Source: an uncultured Actinomycetota bacterium (GTDB lineage: Bacteria; Actinomycetota; Acidimicrobiia; Spongiisociales; UBA5794). Taken from it: DNA of 64,000 nt. Below, one piece after another: positions 28,091 to 38,318 of this stretch. The notes below the pieces were generated by a model. The model was not told the DNA's origin and searched no databases. It saw nothing but the letters and a program-made list of their open reading frames with translations. The stretch's first letter is position 1. Every line of letters starts with the position of its first letter. The DNA is taken from positions 1,010 through 65,009 of the forward strand of contig CAVOXF010000007.1 in NCBI GenBank assembly GCA_963700375.1, read 5' to 3'. A program made the translations under genes and the position numbers.

Positions 28091-28276
28091 GAAACCGGGT
28101 CTGGGAACAGGAATCTCGAAGAATCTTGCGAATTCCTTGGTCTCTGTTCACGGCGAGGTGGAGACCCCTTCCGCCGACGCCCCTGGCGCCGCCGCCTTCC
28201 CCTGAGGAAGAGGATTCTGAAGGGGAGAATGCGGTGGGAAGGGGAGGAATCTTGGAGGCGGACTTGGGGAGCGCGG

Positions 28277-28744
28277 TCAACTGACGGAGCTGGTCACGGT
28301 GATGTCGACGGTATCGGCTGAGACCGAGATCCAGTGATCTCCGTCACGCTCGAACAGGTATGTGCGACCGACGGAGTCGCGGTATCCCTTCTGGAAGGCC
28401 ACATCCACGGCAACCACGCTGCCATTCGGTTGGTACGGCTCGGCGGGCGAGATCAGGATGGCTCCGTCGACGAAGCGGCCATCGTCGCCGGTCCGAGCCT
28501 CAAGGGATGCCTCGGTCACGTACTCGACCTCGTCGGAGAAGCCGGTTCGGATTGCCTCGCGCATGTCGTCGGGGAGCGTATCGGGGGCCAAGATCTGCGC
28601 CCCGGGACAGAGCACCTCGACACAGGCAACCGAGAAGGCGGTCGCACGCACGGCCACAACGTCCTCTTGCGTCAGCTCGGAGGTCGACTCGGAACAGGCG
28701 CACACCATCATGACGAGCACAGCCACCAGTGCCCATATCCGCAT
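28277..28744 (-). CDS. Putative lipoprotein
   Basis: MRIWALVAVLVMMVCACS signal peptide with lipobox-like Cys. Confidence 0.7.
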   Translation of the reverse strand: MRIWALVAVLVMMVCACSESTSELTQEDVVAVRATAFSVACVEVLCPGAQILAPDTLPDDMREAIRTGFSDEVEYVTEASLEARTGDDGRFVDGAILISPAEPYQPNGSVVAVDVAFQKGYRDSVGRTYLFERDGDHWISVSADTVDITVTSSVS

Positions 28745-28809
28745 ACCGTCCACACCTTGGTCGCTGTCACCGCGTCGGAGACGACACTCGGGTCGTCCAA
28801 CGCGAGACT

Positions 28810-29964
28810 TCAGACGTCTCGCTTGAAGATCGCTGCGGCGCCCATGCCGCCGCCGATGCACATGCTCACGATGCCGTATTCGACACCGCGCCGCTCCATC
28901 TCGTGGAGAAGAGTCGCGGTGAGCTTCGCCCCGGTGCATCCGAGCGGGTGGCCGAGGGCGATGGCACCGCCGTTCACGTTGACGATCGCGGGATCGAGAC
29001 CGAGCTTCCGGATCGAGTAGAGCGCCTGACTGGCGAACGCCTCGTTGAGCTCGACCAGCCCGATGTCGGCAATCGTCAACCCGGCAGCTTCGAGCGCCTT
29101 CGGGATCGCCACGGTTGGGCCGATCCCCATCTCATCCGGGTGTACCCCGGCCACCTGATAGGTGACGAGTTCGGCAAGCGGCGTCAGCCCAAGTTCGGCG
29201 GCCGCTTCCCGGGTCATGAGGACCTCGATCGCTGCACCATCAGAGGTCTGCGACGAGTTGCCTGCCGTCGACCGACCGTCGACCTTGAAGACCGGTCGGA
29301 GCTTGCCCAACCCCTCGACGGTGCTCTCACGGGGACCTTCATCGGTGTCGAAGACCACCTTCTTCCCGCCAAGGCTGACCTCGATCGGGATGATCTCCTC
29401 CTTGAAGCGGCCTTCCGTGATCGCGGCGATCGCCCGCCGATTCGATTCCACGGCGAAGGCGTCCTGGTCTTCGCGGCTCACGTCGTAACGTTCGGCCACG
29501 GTCTCGCTCGTGATTCCCATCGAGTCGTACGAGGCAGGGAACGTATCGACCAGCGTCGGATTCGGGGCCGGCTTCTGGCCACCCATCGGAACGAGCGACA
29601 TCGATTCCACGCCGCCGGTGATCACGATCTTTGACCATCCGGCTGCGATCTGGGCCGCGCCGCTGGCGAGCGATTGCAGGCCGCTGCTGCAGAACCGGTT
29701 GAGCGTCATGCCGGGCACCGACACGGGCAGGCCGGCGCGGAGTGCTCCAATGCGAGCAACGTTCATTCCCTGTTCCGCCTCGGGGAAGGCGCATCCAATG
29801 ATCACATCATCCACATCTGCCGGATCGAGATCCGGGACTCGTTCCATGAGCGTCTCAATCAACTGACCGAGCAGCTCATCGGGCCGCGTCTCGCGCAGCG
29901 TTCCGCGACCCGACTTTCCAACTGCCGTGCGGTGTGCGTGGGTGACCACCACTCCTGTGCTCAT
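28810..29964 (-). CDS. Acetyl-CoA acyltransferase (thiolase)
   Basis: NRFCSSG, NEAFA, GHPLG, CIGGG. Confidence 0.96.
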   Translation of the reverse strand: MSTGVVVTHAHRTAVGKSGRGTLRETRPDELLGQLIETLMERVPDLDPADVDDVIIGCAFPEAEQGMNVARIGALRAGLPVSVPGMTLNRFCSSGLQSLASGAAQIAAGWSKIVITGGVESMSLVPMGGQKPAPNPTLVDTFPASYDSMGITSETVAERYDVSREDQDAFAVESNRRAIAAITEGRFKEEIIPIEVSLGGKKVVFDTDEGPRESTVEGLGKLRPVFKVDGRSTAGNSSQTSDGAAIEVLMTREAAAELGLTPLAELVTYQVAGVHPDEMGIGPTVAIPKALEAAGLTIADIGLVELNEAFASQALYSIRKLGLDPAIVNVNGGAIALGHPLGCTGAKLTATLLHEMERRGVEYGIVSMCIGGGMGAAAIFKRDV

Positions 29965-29984
29965 GCGACTACTCCTCCTGCTCG

Positions 29985-32393
29985 TCAGTTCCGCAACGGT
30001 TTCCCGGTCTCCAGCATGTGCAATATCCGATCGATGGTTCTCTGTTCCCGGCAGAGGTTCACGAACGCCTCGCGCTCGAGATCGAGGAAGTCCTGCTCGG
30101 AGAGCATCGTGCCCGCCGGCACGTCACCCCCGCACAGGACCGTGGCGAGCACCGTGCCGAGATGCTCGTCGTATTCACTCAGGTAGCCGCCTTGCCGCAT
30201 CCCGTGCACGCCAACCTTGAGAGCCGCGATCCCGGTTGATCCCGGTACCGGCACCTTGCGCGGCATCGGGGCCTTGTAGCCCATCTGTGCCATAGCGAGG
30301 ACGTCGGCCTTCGCATCGGCCAGCACCGCATCGGGGTTCAGTGTGATTCGGTCGGTTCGGCGGAGGAACCCGTACGACTTGGCTTCTTCGGCGCTGGTGG
30401 AAACGGTGGCGGTGCCGACCGTCATGAACACCTTCTCCATGAACGGGAACAGGTCCACCTTCACGCCTTCCGGAACGGACCCGTAGAAGCGGAACGCCAT
30501 CTCCTTGCATCCGCCGCCTGCGGGAATCACACCGACCCCCAACTCGACGAGGCCGATGTAGGACTCGGCAGCCGCTCGCACAGCGTCACCGTGCATGACG
30601 GCTTCGCAGCCGCCTCCGAGGGCCATGCCACGCGGGGCGACCACGACGGGCCCGTCGCAGTACTTCATTCTCATGAACGTGTTCTGGATGATCCGAACGG
30701 CCTGATCGATCTGGTCCCAGTCCTGTGACATGGCGAGCATGCCGATGAGCCCGACATTGGCGCCGACCGAGAAGTTGGTCGCCTCGTTGCCGACCACCAA
30801 CCCGACGAGTTCACCGGCGTCGACCATGTCGCAGCCGGTCGCGATGACTTCCAGGATCGTGTTGTCGATGGCGTTCATCTTCGTGTGGAAGGCGACACAG
30901 CCGACGCCGTCTCCCATGTCGTACAGCGTTGCGCCAACGCTCCCGCCGATAACCCTCCCTTCCTCGGCGAGCGTTGAGAGGAAGATCGTGCCTTCGGCGA
31001 CCGGGACGGGGAGATACTCCTCGGTTCCAACATCCCAGAAGAAGGCGCCGCCGTCACGCTTGACGTACCACGAACCCTCGCCGACTTCGAGCAGCCGATC
31101 GACGGCTTCGGGAACAACCATCCCCTCGGAACGCATGCGCTCGACGGACCCGGCAACACCTATGGCATCCCACGTCTCGAACGGTCCGAGTTCGTAGTTG
31201 AAGCCCCACCGCATGGCCCGGTCGACGTTGACGATGTCGTCGGCAATCTCGCCGAGGAGTTCGAGCGCATAGATGCATGACTCGGCGGTGACCTTCCAGG
31301 CGAATCGGCCGTGATCGTCGTCGAATTCCGTCATCGCCGCGATCTTCCCGCCGACGTCCTCGACCTTGCGGGCGGCACCGACCGACGCCAGGCGGAGTTT
31401 CCCGGCATCGACGTACGCGAGCGTTTCGAGATCGAGGCTCAAGATCGTGCTGCCCTGCTCGCCACTCACCTTCTTGTAGAACCCGGCGCCGGTCTTGCCG
31501 CCGAGGCGGCCGTCTGCGATCAGGGCCTGCATCTCATCCGGGACCACGAAGCGGTCCCGCCACGGGTCGTCGGGACACCCCTCGCCGATCGTTGCGAACA
31601 CATGAGCCATGGTGTCGAGGCCCACGATGTCCACCGTGCGGAACACGGCAGACTTCGGCCGACCCATCGCCGGTCCGAACACGACATCGACCTCGGCGAC
31701 ACCGAGGCCGTATTCCTTCATCCAGTGGAACACCGAAGCCATTCCGAACGTGCCGATCCGGTTCGCGATGAAGTTCGGGGTGTCCTTGCAGTACACGACG
31801 CCCTTGCCGAGCACGTTCTCTCCGAAGTCGGCCATGTCGGCGAACACAACGGGATCGGTGTCGCCGATGGGAACCATCTCGAGGAGGCGCATGTAGCGGA
31901 CCGGGTTGAAGAAGTGGGTCACCATGAAGTGACGCCGGAAGTCGTCGCTGCGTCCCTCGGCCATCGCCTCGGCTGAAAGACCGGAGGTGTTCGACGACAC
32001 GATGCTTCCCGGGCGCCGGTGCCCGTCCACCATCTCGAACACGCGCTGCTTGATGTCCATCCGCTCGACAACCACCTCGACGATCCAATCGCACTCGGCG
32101 AGTCTTTCGAGGTCGTCCTCGTAATTGCACGGGGTCACCATCGATGCGAGATCCGGTCGATAGAGCAGGGCCGGTTTCGCCTTCTTCATGGCCGCGATGC
32201 CGGCATCAGTGATCCGGTTGCGGACCGTCCGGTCGTCCAACGAAAGCCCTGCTGCCGCCTCTGCTTCCGTGAGGTCTCCGGGAGCAATATCGAACAGATA
32301 CGAAGGGATGCCGGCATTGGCGAGATGGGCGGCAATGCCCTGGCCCATCACCCCGGCTCCGAGGACTGCTGCCCGCTTGATCCGAATGCCCAT
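29985..32393 (-). CDS. 3-hydroxyacyl-CoA dehydrogenase / enoyl-CoA hydratase (FadN-like)
   Basis: True start MGIRIKRAAVLGAGVMG after GGAG; SNTSG, HFFNP, ALGGGCE, ends GKPLRN. Confidence 0.93.
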   Translation of the reverse strand: MGIRIKRAAVLGAGVMGQGIAAHLANAGIPSYLFDIAPGDLTEAEAAAGLSLDDRTVRNRITDAGIAAMKKAKPALLYRPDLASMVTPCNYEDDLERLAECDWIVEVVVERMDIKQRVFEMVDGHRRPGSIVSSNTSGLSAEAMAEGRSDDFRRHFMVTHFFNPVRYMRLLEMVPIGDTDPVVFADMADFGENVLGKGVVYCKDTPNFIANRIGTFGMASVFHWMKEYGLGVAEVDVVFGPAMGRPKSAVFRTVDIVGLDTMAHVFATIGEGCPDDPWRDRFVVPDEMQALIADGRLGGKTGAGFYKKVSGEQGSTILSLDLETLAYVDAGKLRLASVGAARKVEDVGGKIAAMTEFDDDHGRFAWKVTAESCIYALELLGEIADDIVNVDRAMRWGFNYELGPFETWDAIGVAGSVERMRSEGMVVPEAVDRLLEVGEGSWYVKRDGGAFFWDVGTEEYLPVPVAEGTIFLSTLAEEGRVIGGSVGATLYDMGDGVGCVAFHTKMNAIDNTILEVIATGCDMVDAGELVGLVVGNEATNFSVGANVGLIGMLAMSQDWDQIDQAVRIIQNTFMRMKYCDGPVVVAPRGMALGGGCEAVMHGDAVRAAAESYIGLVELGVGVIPAGGGCKEMAFRFYGSVPEGVKVDLFPFMEKVFMTVGTATVSTSAEEAKSYGFLRRTDRITLNPDAVLADAKADVLAMAQMGYKAPMPRKVPVPGSTGIAALKVGVHGMRQGGYLSEYDEHLGTVLATVLCGGDVPAGTMLSEQDFLDLEREAFVNLCREQRTIDRILHMLETGKPLRN

Positions 32394-32524
32394 AGGTCCA
32401 CTCCTCGCGCTTCGCTCACTCGTCGGTGCTGCCCCGCACAGTGGTTGACGATTGAGTTCGGGACCAGAGTCGGAGGACCCCTCCGGCCGGCGCACCGCCA
32501 CATCCGTTCGCCGGACCTTGCCGG

Positions 32525-33317
32525 CTAGCCTTCGATCAAGGCACGAACATCGTCTGGAATCGGCGCAGCAGACGGCATCCGGATCGGAGCAATCGAGATC
32601 AGGTCGTCGCGCGCCGCTTCGATGTCGGTACCGTCGAGCGACGCGAACTCGAGAAGCCTGCCGTTGAAGTCGTGGTGGTAGAACCCGTTGCCCCGATGGC
32701 TGAAGAGCCGGTCGTACCCGATCCGCGCAACGGTGGTCAGCTGCCGGGGCGTGTCGACTGTCGCGTCGAATGGCACGTTGATGGACACGATGTCGGCCAG
32801 ATTCGCGAGCCCGGCGTCCGCGACAACCCCCACCAGCTCCGTCCCGACATCGGCGAGGCGTTCCCAATCGCTTGCGGCGGCCGGGTCGAGTGCACGTCGT
32901 TTCCATGCCGGCCAGTCGCCGTTCGCCCCGGTCGAGATCGCGATCGATGGGACGCCCGGAGACCCATCCTTCGACGGCGGCCCCAATCGTGCCCGAGGAC
33001 ATCAGGAATCCGGCCCCATGGTTGTATCCGATGTTGATACCGGACACGACCAGTCCTGGCGGTTCTTCGAACAGTCCATGGATACCGATCTGCACGGCGT
33101 CCGCCGGATATCCCGTGCAGGTCCACACGGTCTCGCCGTCGAGGTCCACTTGGTTCGTGCCGATCGCACCGAACCGCGTGATCGCCTTTCCGACCCAGCT
33201 TCGCTCCCGGTCGGGCACAACCACGCGTACCGTTCCGAGCCGCTGAAGGGCAGCGGCGAACGGAGCGAGCGCGGGACTGTCGATGCCGTCGTCGTTGGTC
33301 AGCAGGATCCAGCCCAC
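32525..33317 (-). CDS. surE: 5'/3'-nucleotidase SurE (frameshift near 32955, likely sequencing error)
   Basis: ILLTNDDG, GYPADAV, VSGINIGYN, SSGTIGAA; continues in ORF 32525-32986 (SINVP, GTD). Confidence 0.88.
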
Positions 33318-33324
33318 GCTCGGG

Positions 33325-34269
33325 TCAGCGCTCTTCCCGGAAGTATGGGATGCCGAGAGCTGCCGGTGCTCCGAGGAACCTCGCTCGCTTGCCACTCGTG
33401 AGCGCGATCATCGCGATGATCGCCAGCAGGAACGGCAACATGTCGAGCAAGGTGGCCGGCACGTTGATCTCCAGCGTCTGGAAGGTGAAGTTGAGTCGTC
33501 CCGCGATCCCGAACAGGTACGCGACCCAGAGTGCCCGCCACGGGCGCCAAGAAGCCAGGATCACGAGAGCGATCGCGATCCACCCTGCCTGCCCGATCGG
33601 GTTGTCCTGCCACGACGGCACCAATGCAAGCGAGAAGTAGGCGCCGCCGAGTCCGGCAAGCGCTCCGCCGAGCATGACGTGGATGTAGCGAACCTTGGAC
33701 ACATTGATGCCGGCCGCCTCGGCGCTGGCGGGGTCCTCTCCCACGGCACGCACCGTCAGGCCGGGGCGGGTGCGGAAGAGGTAGTAGCTCGAGGCGGCAA
33801 CGACCGCCCAGGAGACGTAGACGAGAGCGTCGTGGCCGAAAATGAGCGGTCCAACGATCGGCAGTCCGGCGAGTCCCTCCGGGAAGATCGGTTCGAACAC
33901 CGCCTTCGACGGCTGACCGATCAACGGATCCGAACCTGCTTTGCCGATGTACACAGCAACGCCGGTTCCAAAGATCGTCAATGCCAATCCCGAGACGATC
34001 TGACTCACTCGGAGCGTGATCGAGTTGAAGGCGTGGATCAAAGACATCCCTGCTCCGGCCACCAGGGCTGCGAACACCCCGAGCCAAAGGCTGCCGGACA
34101 CGAACGTAGCCCAGAATCCCGCCACCGCGCCGAACAACATCATGCCCTGCACACCAAGGTTGAGTATGCCCGATCGCTCGGTGAGGATCTCACCGACGGT
34201 GCCGAACACGAGCGGCGTCCCGAGACCAATACCGGCCATGAGCGTGAGCATGAGTACGGAATCGTTCAT
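33325..34269 (-). CDS. ABC transporter permease (nucleoside/purine type)
   Basis: ERSGILNLG, RAVGEDP..A..AGINV, GWIAIA, APAALGIPY. Confidence 0.93.
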   Translation of the reverse strand: MNDSVLMLTLMAGIGLGTPLVFGTVGEILTERSGILNLGVQGMMLFGAVAGFWATFVSGSLWLGVFAALVAGAGMSLIHAFNSITLRVSQIVSGLALTIFGTGVAVYIGKAGSDPLIGQPSKAVFEPIFPEGLAGLPIVGPLIFGHDALVYVSWAVVAASSYYLFRTRPGLTVRAVGEDPASAEAAGINVSKVRYIHVMLGGALAGLGGAYFSLALVPSWQDNPIGQAGWIAIALVILASWRPWRALWVAYLFGIAGRLNFTFQTLEINVPATLLDMLPFLLAIIAMIALTSGKRARFLGAPAALGIPYFREER

Positions 34270-35381
34270 GCTGCCTGTGCCTCCGGCTCGGCCTTCGCCT
34301 CACCGGCGATGGGGTCGGGACGGTGAATCCGGTTCGAGATCAGGAACTCGCCTGCGACGGCGAAGATCAGAATCGCGCCTTGAAGGATCTTGACCGTTGC
34401 CGAGGGCACGCCAATCGACTGGAGCGCCGGACCGGCGTTGTTCAGCGCACCCATCAGGATGGCGACCGGGATGATGGCGATCGGGTTCAGACGAGCGAGC
34501 GCGGCGACGATGATCCCCGTGAATCCCAGTCCGAGGTCGAGGGACCGTGGATCCATCTTGCCGAGAATCCCCGCCACGAGGATCGAACCCGCGAGACCGG
34601 CGGCGGCTCCGGAGGCGAGGAAGGTCCCGAGCACCTTCTTCGGCACCTTGATGCCCGCATACCGGGCGGTGTCGAACGAGTCTCCGACGATTCGATACTC
34701 GAATCCGCTCCTCGTCTTGCTGATCACGAACCAGGCGATCACCGCTACGCCAATGGCGATGAAAAGACCCCAGTCGAGGCGATGGAAGAATTCGGGTATG
34801 CGTCCGCTCTCGATGATCGGCCGCCCCTGGGGGAACTGTGTTGCTTCCGGATCGCGCCACGGACTCGAACTCCCCAGAACGAGGTACTGCATGAGGTTGA
34901 GCGCGATGAAGTTCAACATCAGCGTCGTGATGATCTCGTTGGTTCCGAGGTACACCCTCGGAACGGCGGCCAGCGAGGCCCAGAATGCCCCACCGATCGC
35001 ACCGGCGATGACCACCGCAACAATCGCGATGACCTGAGGTGTCGACTCGGACAGCCAGATCCCGACGCCTGCCGCAACGATGGCGCCGAAGATGAGCTGA
35101 CCCTCACCCCCGATGTTCCAGACCAGCATCTTGAAGGCAATGGCAGCGGCGACACCGGTCAGGATGAGCGGCGTCGCGGAAACGAGCGTCTCGGCGAAGC
35201 CACGTCCAGAGCCAAACGCCGCATCGGCCATCTTCTGGTACACCTCGACCCAGTCGTTCCCCGTGACGGCGAGGAACACCGCCCCGATGATCATCGCGGC
35301 GATCACCGAGCCTATGGGAATCAGGAGCTTGAGCCACCAGGGGGCGAGGCCGCGTGGTTCAACGATGAAGCGGCGGCTCAT
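34266..35381 (-). CDS. ABC transporter permease (nucleoside/purine type)
   Basis: WNIGGEGQ, NEIITTLMLN, ARYAGI, GFTGIIVA. Confidence 0.93.
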   Translation of the reverse strand: MSRRFIVEPRGLAPWWLKLLIPIGSVIAAMIIGAVFLAVTGNDWVEVYQKMADAAFGSGRGFAETLVSATPLILTGVAAAIAFKMLVWNIGGEGQLIFGAIVAAGVGIWLSESTPQVIAIVAVVIAGAIGGAFWASLAAVPRVYLGTNEIITTLMLNFIALNLMQYLVLGSSSPWRDPEATQFPQGRPIIESGRIPEFFHRLDWGLFIAIGVAVIAWFVISKTRSGFEYRIVGDSFDTARYAGIKVPKKVLGTFLASGAAAGLAGSILVAGILGKMDPRSLDLGLGFTGIIVAALARLNPIAIIPVAILMGALNNAGPALQSIGVPSATVKILQGAILIFAVAGEFLISNRIHRPDPIAGEAKAEPEAQAA

Positions 35382-36919
35382 GCCGACTTCTCCTCGCCGT
35401 GACCCGACATGAGCAATCCGAGGTTCTCAGCGGTGGCGTCGGCCGCCGGCATCTCGCCGACGATCTTCCCCTCGTAGATGACCAGCAGGCGGTCCGACAA
35501 CGCAAGCAACTCATCGAGATCCTCAGATATCAGCAGCACGCCGATACCTCGATCTCGCTCCGCGAGAATCTCTTCGCGCACCACCGCCGTCGCACCGACA
35601 TCGAGGCCCCGGGTCGGCGATCGAGCGATCAGAACGCAGTGGTCCTGCGTGACCTCACGGGCGATCAGCGCTTTCTGGAGGTTCCCACCCGACAGGAGCC
35701 GGATCGGCAGTCCGGAACGAACGCCCCGAATGTCGAATCCCTTGATGAGCTCAGCACCTTTGGTCTTGAATGCCTTGGGTGAGAGCATGGGGCCATTCGA
35801 GTATGGCGGCTCACGGAACTGCTTGAGCGCAAGGTTGTCGTCGGTGTCGAGCCCGGGTGCGAGGCCCATCCCGAGGCGGTTCTGCGGAACGTATGCGATG
35901 CCGGCCTTGATCGACTTGAGGACGCTCGTCCCGGTGATGTCGTTCCCCGACAGATGGACGGATCCGCCCGCGACCTTCATGAGGCCGACGATCCCCTGGG
36001 CGAGTTCGCGCTGGCCGTTTCCGGAGACACCGGCGATTCCCACGACCTCGCCTGCGTTGACGGTGATCGAGAGTCCGTCGACCGCATTCAGGCCCCGATC
36101 GTCCACGACCGTCAGGTTGTCGACGACCAAGACGGGTTCCCCGATCGACTCGTTCGGCGCCCGCGTCGGGAGTACGAGGTCTTTGCCGACCATCATCCGA
36201 GCGAGGTCCCGTGGTTCGGCATCCACCGTGTTGACCCTGCCAACGACCCGACCCTCTCGCAGGACCGTCACGCGGTCGGAGACCTGCTTCACCTCGTGGA
36301 GCTTGTGTGAGACGAAGATCAGGGAGCGGCCTTCGTCAGCGAGGGTACGCATGGCCCGGAACAACGCTTGTCCCTCCTGCGGGGTGAGCACCGCCGTCGG
36401 CTCGTCGAGGATCAGAATGCGGACATCGCGGTAGAGCAGCTTGAGGATCTCGACCCGCTGCTGCTGGCCGACCGAAAGCTGCCAGATGCGAGCCGTTGGA
36501 TCGACGGGGAAGTCATAGCGCTCCCCGAGTTCACGGGCTTCGGCTTCGAGTTCGCCCTGCGACAGACGCAACCCGACCTCGGGATTCCCAAGAGCGAGGT
36601 TTTCGGCCACCGTGAGGTTCGATACGAGCCGGAAGTGCTGGTACACCATTCCGATGCCGGCGGCGAGTGCGTGCTTGGGAGACTTCAGGACGATCGGTTT
36701 GCCGTCCATGAGCATCTCCCCCGAGTCCGGTCGGTAGAGACCCGCCATGACCGAACAGAGAGTCGACTTGCCGGCACCGTTCTCACCGAGGAGCGTATGA
36801 ACCTCACCGCGGGCGAGGCTGAAATCGACATCGGCGTTGGCGAGAACCCCGTAGAACGACTTGTCGATATTGCGAAGCTCAACCGCTGGCGGGGTGTTGC
36901 TCTGATCGGCACTCGGCAT
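35378..36919 (-). CDS. ABC transporter ATP-binding protein (two NBDs)
   Basis: GENGAGKST, LSVGQQQRVE, DEPT, LSGGN.QK. Confidence 0.95.
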   Translation of the reverse strand: MPSADQSNTPPAVELRNIDKSFYGVLANADVDFSLARGEVHTLLGENGAGKSTLCSVMAGLYRPDSGEMLMDGKPIVLKSPKHALAAGIGMVYQHFRLVSNLTVAENLALGNPEVGLRLSQGELEAEARELGERYDFPVDPTARIWQLSVGQQQRVEILKLLYRDVRILILDEPTAVLTPQEGQALFRAMRTLADEGRSLIFVSHKLHEVKQVSDRVTVLREGRVVGRVNTVDAEPRDLARMMVGKDLVLPTRAPNESIGEPVLVVDNLTVVDDRGLNAVDGLSITVNAGEVVGIAGVSGNGQRELAQGIVGLMKVAGGSVHLSGNDITGTSVLKSIKAGIAYVPQNRLGMGLAPGLDTDDNLALKQFREPPYSNGPMLSPKAFKTKGAELIKGFDIRGVRSGLPIRLLSGGNLQKALIAREVTQDHCVLIARSPTRGLDVGATAVVREEILAERDRGIGVLLISEDLDELLALSDRLLVIYEGKIVGEMPAADATAENLGLLMSGHGEEKSA

Positions 36920-36959
36920 GCCTGCATCCTAGCCAGACAATATCCGGCCCTCGCAACGT

Positions 36960-36989
36960 ACGAGGGCCCCGCAGATGCGGGGCCCTCGT
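36960..36989. terminator. GC-rich hairpin after the binding-protein gene (terminator or mRNA stabiliser)
   Basis: ACGAGGGCCCCGCA-ga-TGCGGGGCCCTCGT. Confidence 0.7.
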
Positions 36990-37010
36990 TTCGTCTGGTT
37001 GGATTGTCGA

Positions 37011-38138
37011 TCAGCCGGTCGGGCTTCCGATGACTCCCTCAACAAAGTAGTCCATGCTGAAGATGTCTCCGAGCGGTTGCTCGTTTCCGGCCTGGTTCAC
37101 GATCGGATCCGGGAGGACCGAGAAGGTCCCGGCGATGATCTCGCCCTTCCGCGTCTCGATGAGTGCCGCCGTCTCGTCGGAGACCGACGGGCCGAACGGC
37201 GCAATGTTGACCATGCCGTCCGCCATGTTGCCGTAGAACGCCTCAGGGGTCCAGGTCCCGGCCTTGACCGCTTCTGCGGTGGCCAGGTAGTACGGACCCC
37301 AATCCCACACCGCAGCCGTGAGCCAGCCGTTCGGAGCAAACTCGGACATGTCGGTGTTGTATCCGACCCAGCCTGCGCCCGCGGCTTCGGCCGCCTGGCC
37401 CGGTGCCGACGAGTCCTGGTGCATGGCGATCACGTCGACACCTGAGTCGAGCAGTGCCTGCGCGGCGTCACCCTCGGTCGGCGGATCGAACCATGTGGAG
37501 GTCCAAACGACCTGCACCGTGGCCTCGGGGTTGACTTCCCGAGCGCCGAGCGTGAACGCATTGATGCCGCGGAGCACCTCGGGAATCGGGAACGCTGCAA
37601 CGTAGCCGATCTTGCCGGTCTCGGAGCGGGCACCGGCGGCCATGCCGGACAGGTAGCGACCCTCTTCCGCGGCGCCGAAGTAGTTGCCCATGTTGTCCGA
37701 AGTCTTGTATCCGGTCGCATGCATGAACGCAACGTCCGGGAAGTTCGCGGCCGCAGCAAGCATCGGGTCCATGTAGCCGAACGACGTGCCGAAGATCAGC
37801 ATGTTGCCGTCGGCGGCAAGGTCCTCGAACACACGTTGCGAATCAGGACCTTCGGGAATGCTCTCGAGCGTCGTGATCTCCACGCCGGGCATGTTCGCCG
37901 CGAGGTACTGGGCGCCCTGATCGTGGGCCCAGGACCATCCCTTGTCTGCCGTCGGTCCGACGTGCACGAAGGCGACCTTGAAAGCTTCAGCCTCTTCCGC
38001 AGCCGTCGTCGTGGTCTCGTCGCCGCCTGCCGCTGTCGTGGTCGTCTCGTCGCCGCCATCGTCGCTGCTGCATGCTGCCGCTACGAGCGCGAGCACCATC
38101 ATCAGCGCGACCATCAACGTCCATCTCTTCCGAGCCAT
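37011..38138 (-). CDS. BMP-family ABC substrate-binding lipoprotein
   Basis: Lipobox AAAC, DKGWSWAH, GTSFGY, INAFTLGA, WFDP. Confidence 0.93.
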   Translation of the reverse strand: MARKRWTLMVALMMVLALVAAACSSDDGGDETTTTAAGGDETTTTAAEEAEAFKVAFVHVGPTADKGWSWAHDQGAQYLAANMPGVEITTLESIPEGPDSQRVFEDLAADGNMLIFGTSFGYMDPMLAAAANFPDVAFMHATGYKTSDNMGNYFGAAEEGRYLSGMAAGARSETGKIGYVAAFPIPEVLRGINAFTLGAREVNPEATVQVVWTSTWFDPPTEGDAAQALLDSGVDVIAMHQDSSAPGQAAEAAGAGWVGYNTDMSEFAPNGWLTAAVWDWGPYYLATAEAVKAGTWTPEAFYGNMADGMVNIAPFGPSVSDETAALIETRKGEIIAGTFSVLPDPIVNQAGNEQPLGDIFSMDYFVEGVIGSPTG

Positions 38139-38318
38139 GGGCTCTCCCTTCGATCTTCCTTGTGTCGATTTCCGGATCGCCGCTGCGCGCGGCGATTCGT
38201 ATAGAGGACTCTAGATGGAATGGGGATCAGCGTGCGCAACAGCGGCGGCGACGTGCCTGTGGGTGAGGGAGCCACCGGCGGTGACACGTCCAACTGTTGA
38301 GTCCGGCGCCGCGGGAGC

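Noticed and set aside
29985-33395. 1136-aa apparent SurE::hydroxyacyl-CoA dehydrogenase fusion in the ORF track
   Set aside because: Artefact of the surE frameshift reading through the intergenic region; the dehydrogenase has its own SD and start at 32393.
38139-38318. Purine riboswitch upstream of the BMP gene
   Set aside because: Only one hairpin (about 38177-38197); no recognisable purine aptamer consensus.
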